Below are positions 63,135-63,981 of a DNA stretch of 63,981 bases, in pieces. The translations under genes and the position numbers were made by a program. Source of the stretch: Aplysia californica (lineage: Eukaryota); contig NW_004797712.1 of the NCBI RefSeq assembly GCF_000002075.1, positions 593,273 to 657,253 on the forward strand, read 5' to 3'. How positions within the stretch are numbered: position 1 is the stretch's first letter; each line of letters starts with the position of its first letter. The notes below the pieces were generated by a model that searched no databases, was not told where the DNA came from, and saw nothing but the letters and a program-made list of their open reading frames with translations.

Positions 63135-63714
63135 CTGAAAAACATAAGGACTGAAATTAATACAAAGTAAAAGAACTTCTTTATTAAAAGCATCTCTGAA
63201 CAAATAATAGCAAGAAAAGAAACATTGCAAAAATCCCAATCCTTTCACCTCACTTTAGGGAGGCCATTTTAGCCCAGGATATAGCCACAACATTAAATAT
63301 TTTGAATCATATTCAGCAGTTTGAACTTTTATAAACAGAACAAAGCTTGAAAACTAAATGAAAATACAGCAAAATGGCCTGCATTACACTATAATAGACT
63401 TTCTCTAGTTGTAAGTGGCCTAAGGAATACGAAGAGGTAAACCTGCTAGAGGCTTTAACCTCCTGCCCATAAGACGATTAAGTATTAAAAACTATTATCT
63501 CTTCAGACAATTCCTCTTCACACTATGAAAACCAGGAAAGGACGAGACTCATGTTTACTGAAAGCTTGACAAGATGAACATTTCTGAAGTAAGAGAAATT
63601 GGAGAACAAGATATCAAAGATTAAACCAATAGCATTGAAATACAAAAGAAATTTGAAATTAAAATAATCCCTTTCTCATAGGAGAAAATGAATTCCATCA
63701 GAAGACAGACTCAC

Positions 63715-63805
63715 CACTTGCACTCTGTTAGCATGGTCCACCATGTCCAGTAAGGGATAAGCCTCCTTCACATCTTCGATAGTACAGCAGTTTGAGAAAC
63801 CAAGA
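63715..63805 (-). CDS. HDHD5: HDHD5 exon (gene continues beyond the window)
   Basis: atcag|LGFSNCCTIEDVKEAYPLLDMVDHANRVQV|gtgag. Confidence 0.88.
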
Positions 63806-63981
63806 CTGATTTCAGTTAAGGTAAACAGTTTGCCTGGTATTACATCTGCACAGTGAACACTGTTGATGGCCTAGAATGGCCTCATGTAGCCTACAAGTGT
63901 AAAGAGACTCCAAACAAAACCCCATATAATTTTCACAACTAAACATCCTTTCTTTCCTATTTTTTGTCCCCCCCCCCCCCG

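Overview
Eukaryotic (animal) draft-assembly DNA, AT-rich and repeat-rich. The SINE types and TCTAGA arrays suggest a gastropod mollusc; this is an inference. There are five N gaps (8963-9062, 11968-12943, 16503-16602, 24741-24840, 40550-40752). The window holds one tRNA-Gly(GCC) gene (-) and four spliced or single-exon protein genes: OTUD5/DUBA deubiquitinase (+, 8 exons visible, at least one missing), a complete 7-exon makorin RING/CCCH E3 ligase (+, 446 aa), a TMEM121/CECR6-family membrane protein with an uninterrupted CDS (+, 324 aa), and the 3' five coding exons of HDHD5/CECR5 (-). As assembled, the OTUD5 and makorin exons interleave on the same strand. The three exactly-100-N gaps bound the displaced block, so a contig mis-ordering is the likelier explanation. 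The most interesting biological signals are (1) the adjacency of a CECR6/TMEM121 gene and CECR5/HDHD5, which echoes the human cat-eye-syndrome region, and (2) palindromic (TCTAGA)n arrays just downstream of probable transcription starts. The rest is a dense set of SINEs, MITEs (hAT, hAT5-like, Sola-like, piggyBac-like, pogo-like) and LINE tails. No prokaryotic-type system, CRISPR array or intact autonomous transposon is visible, and I found no convincing new multi-gene system.
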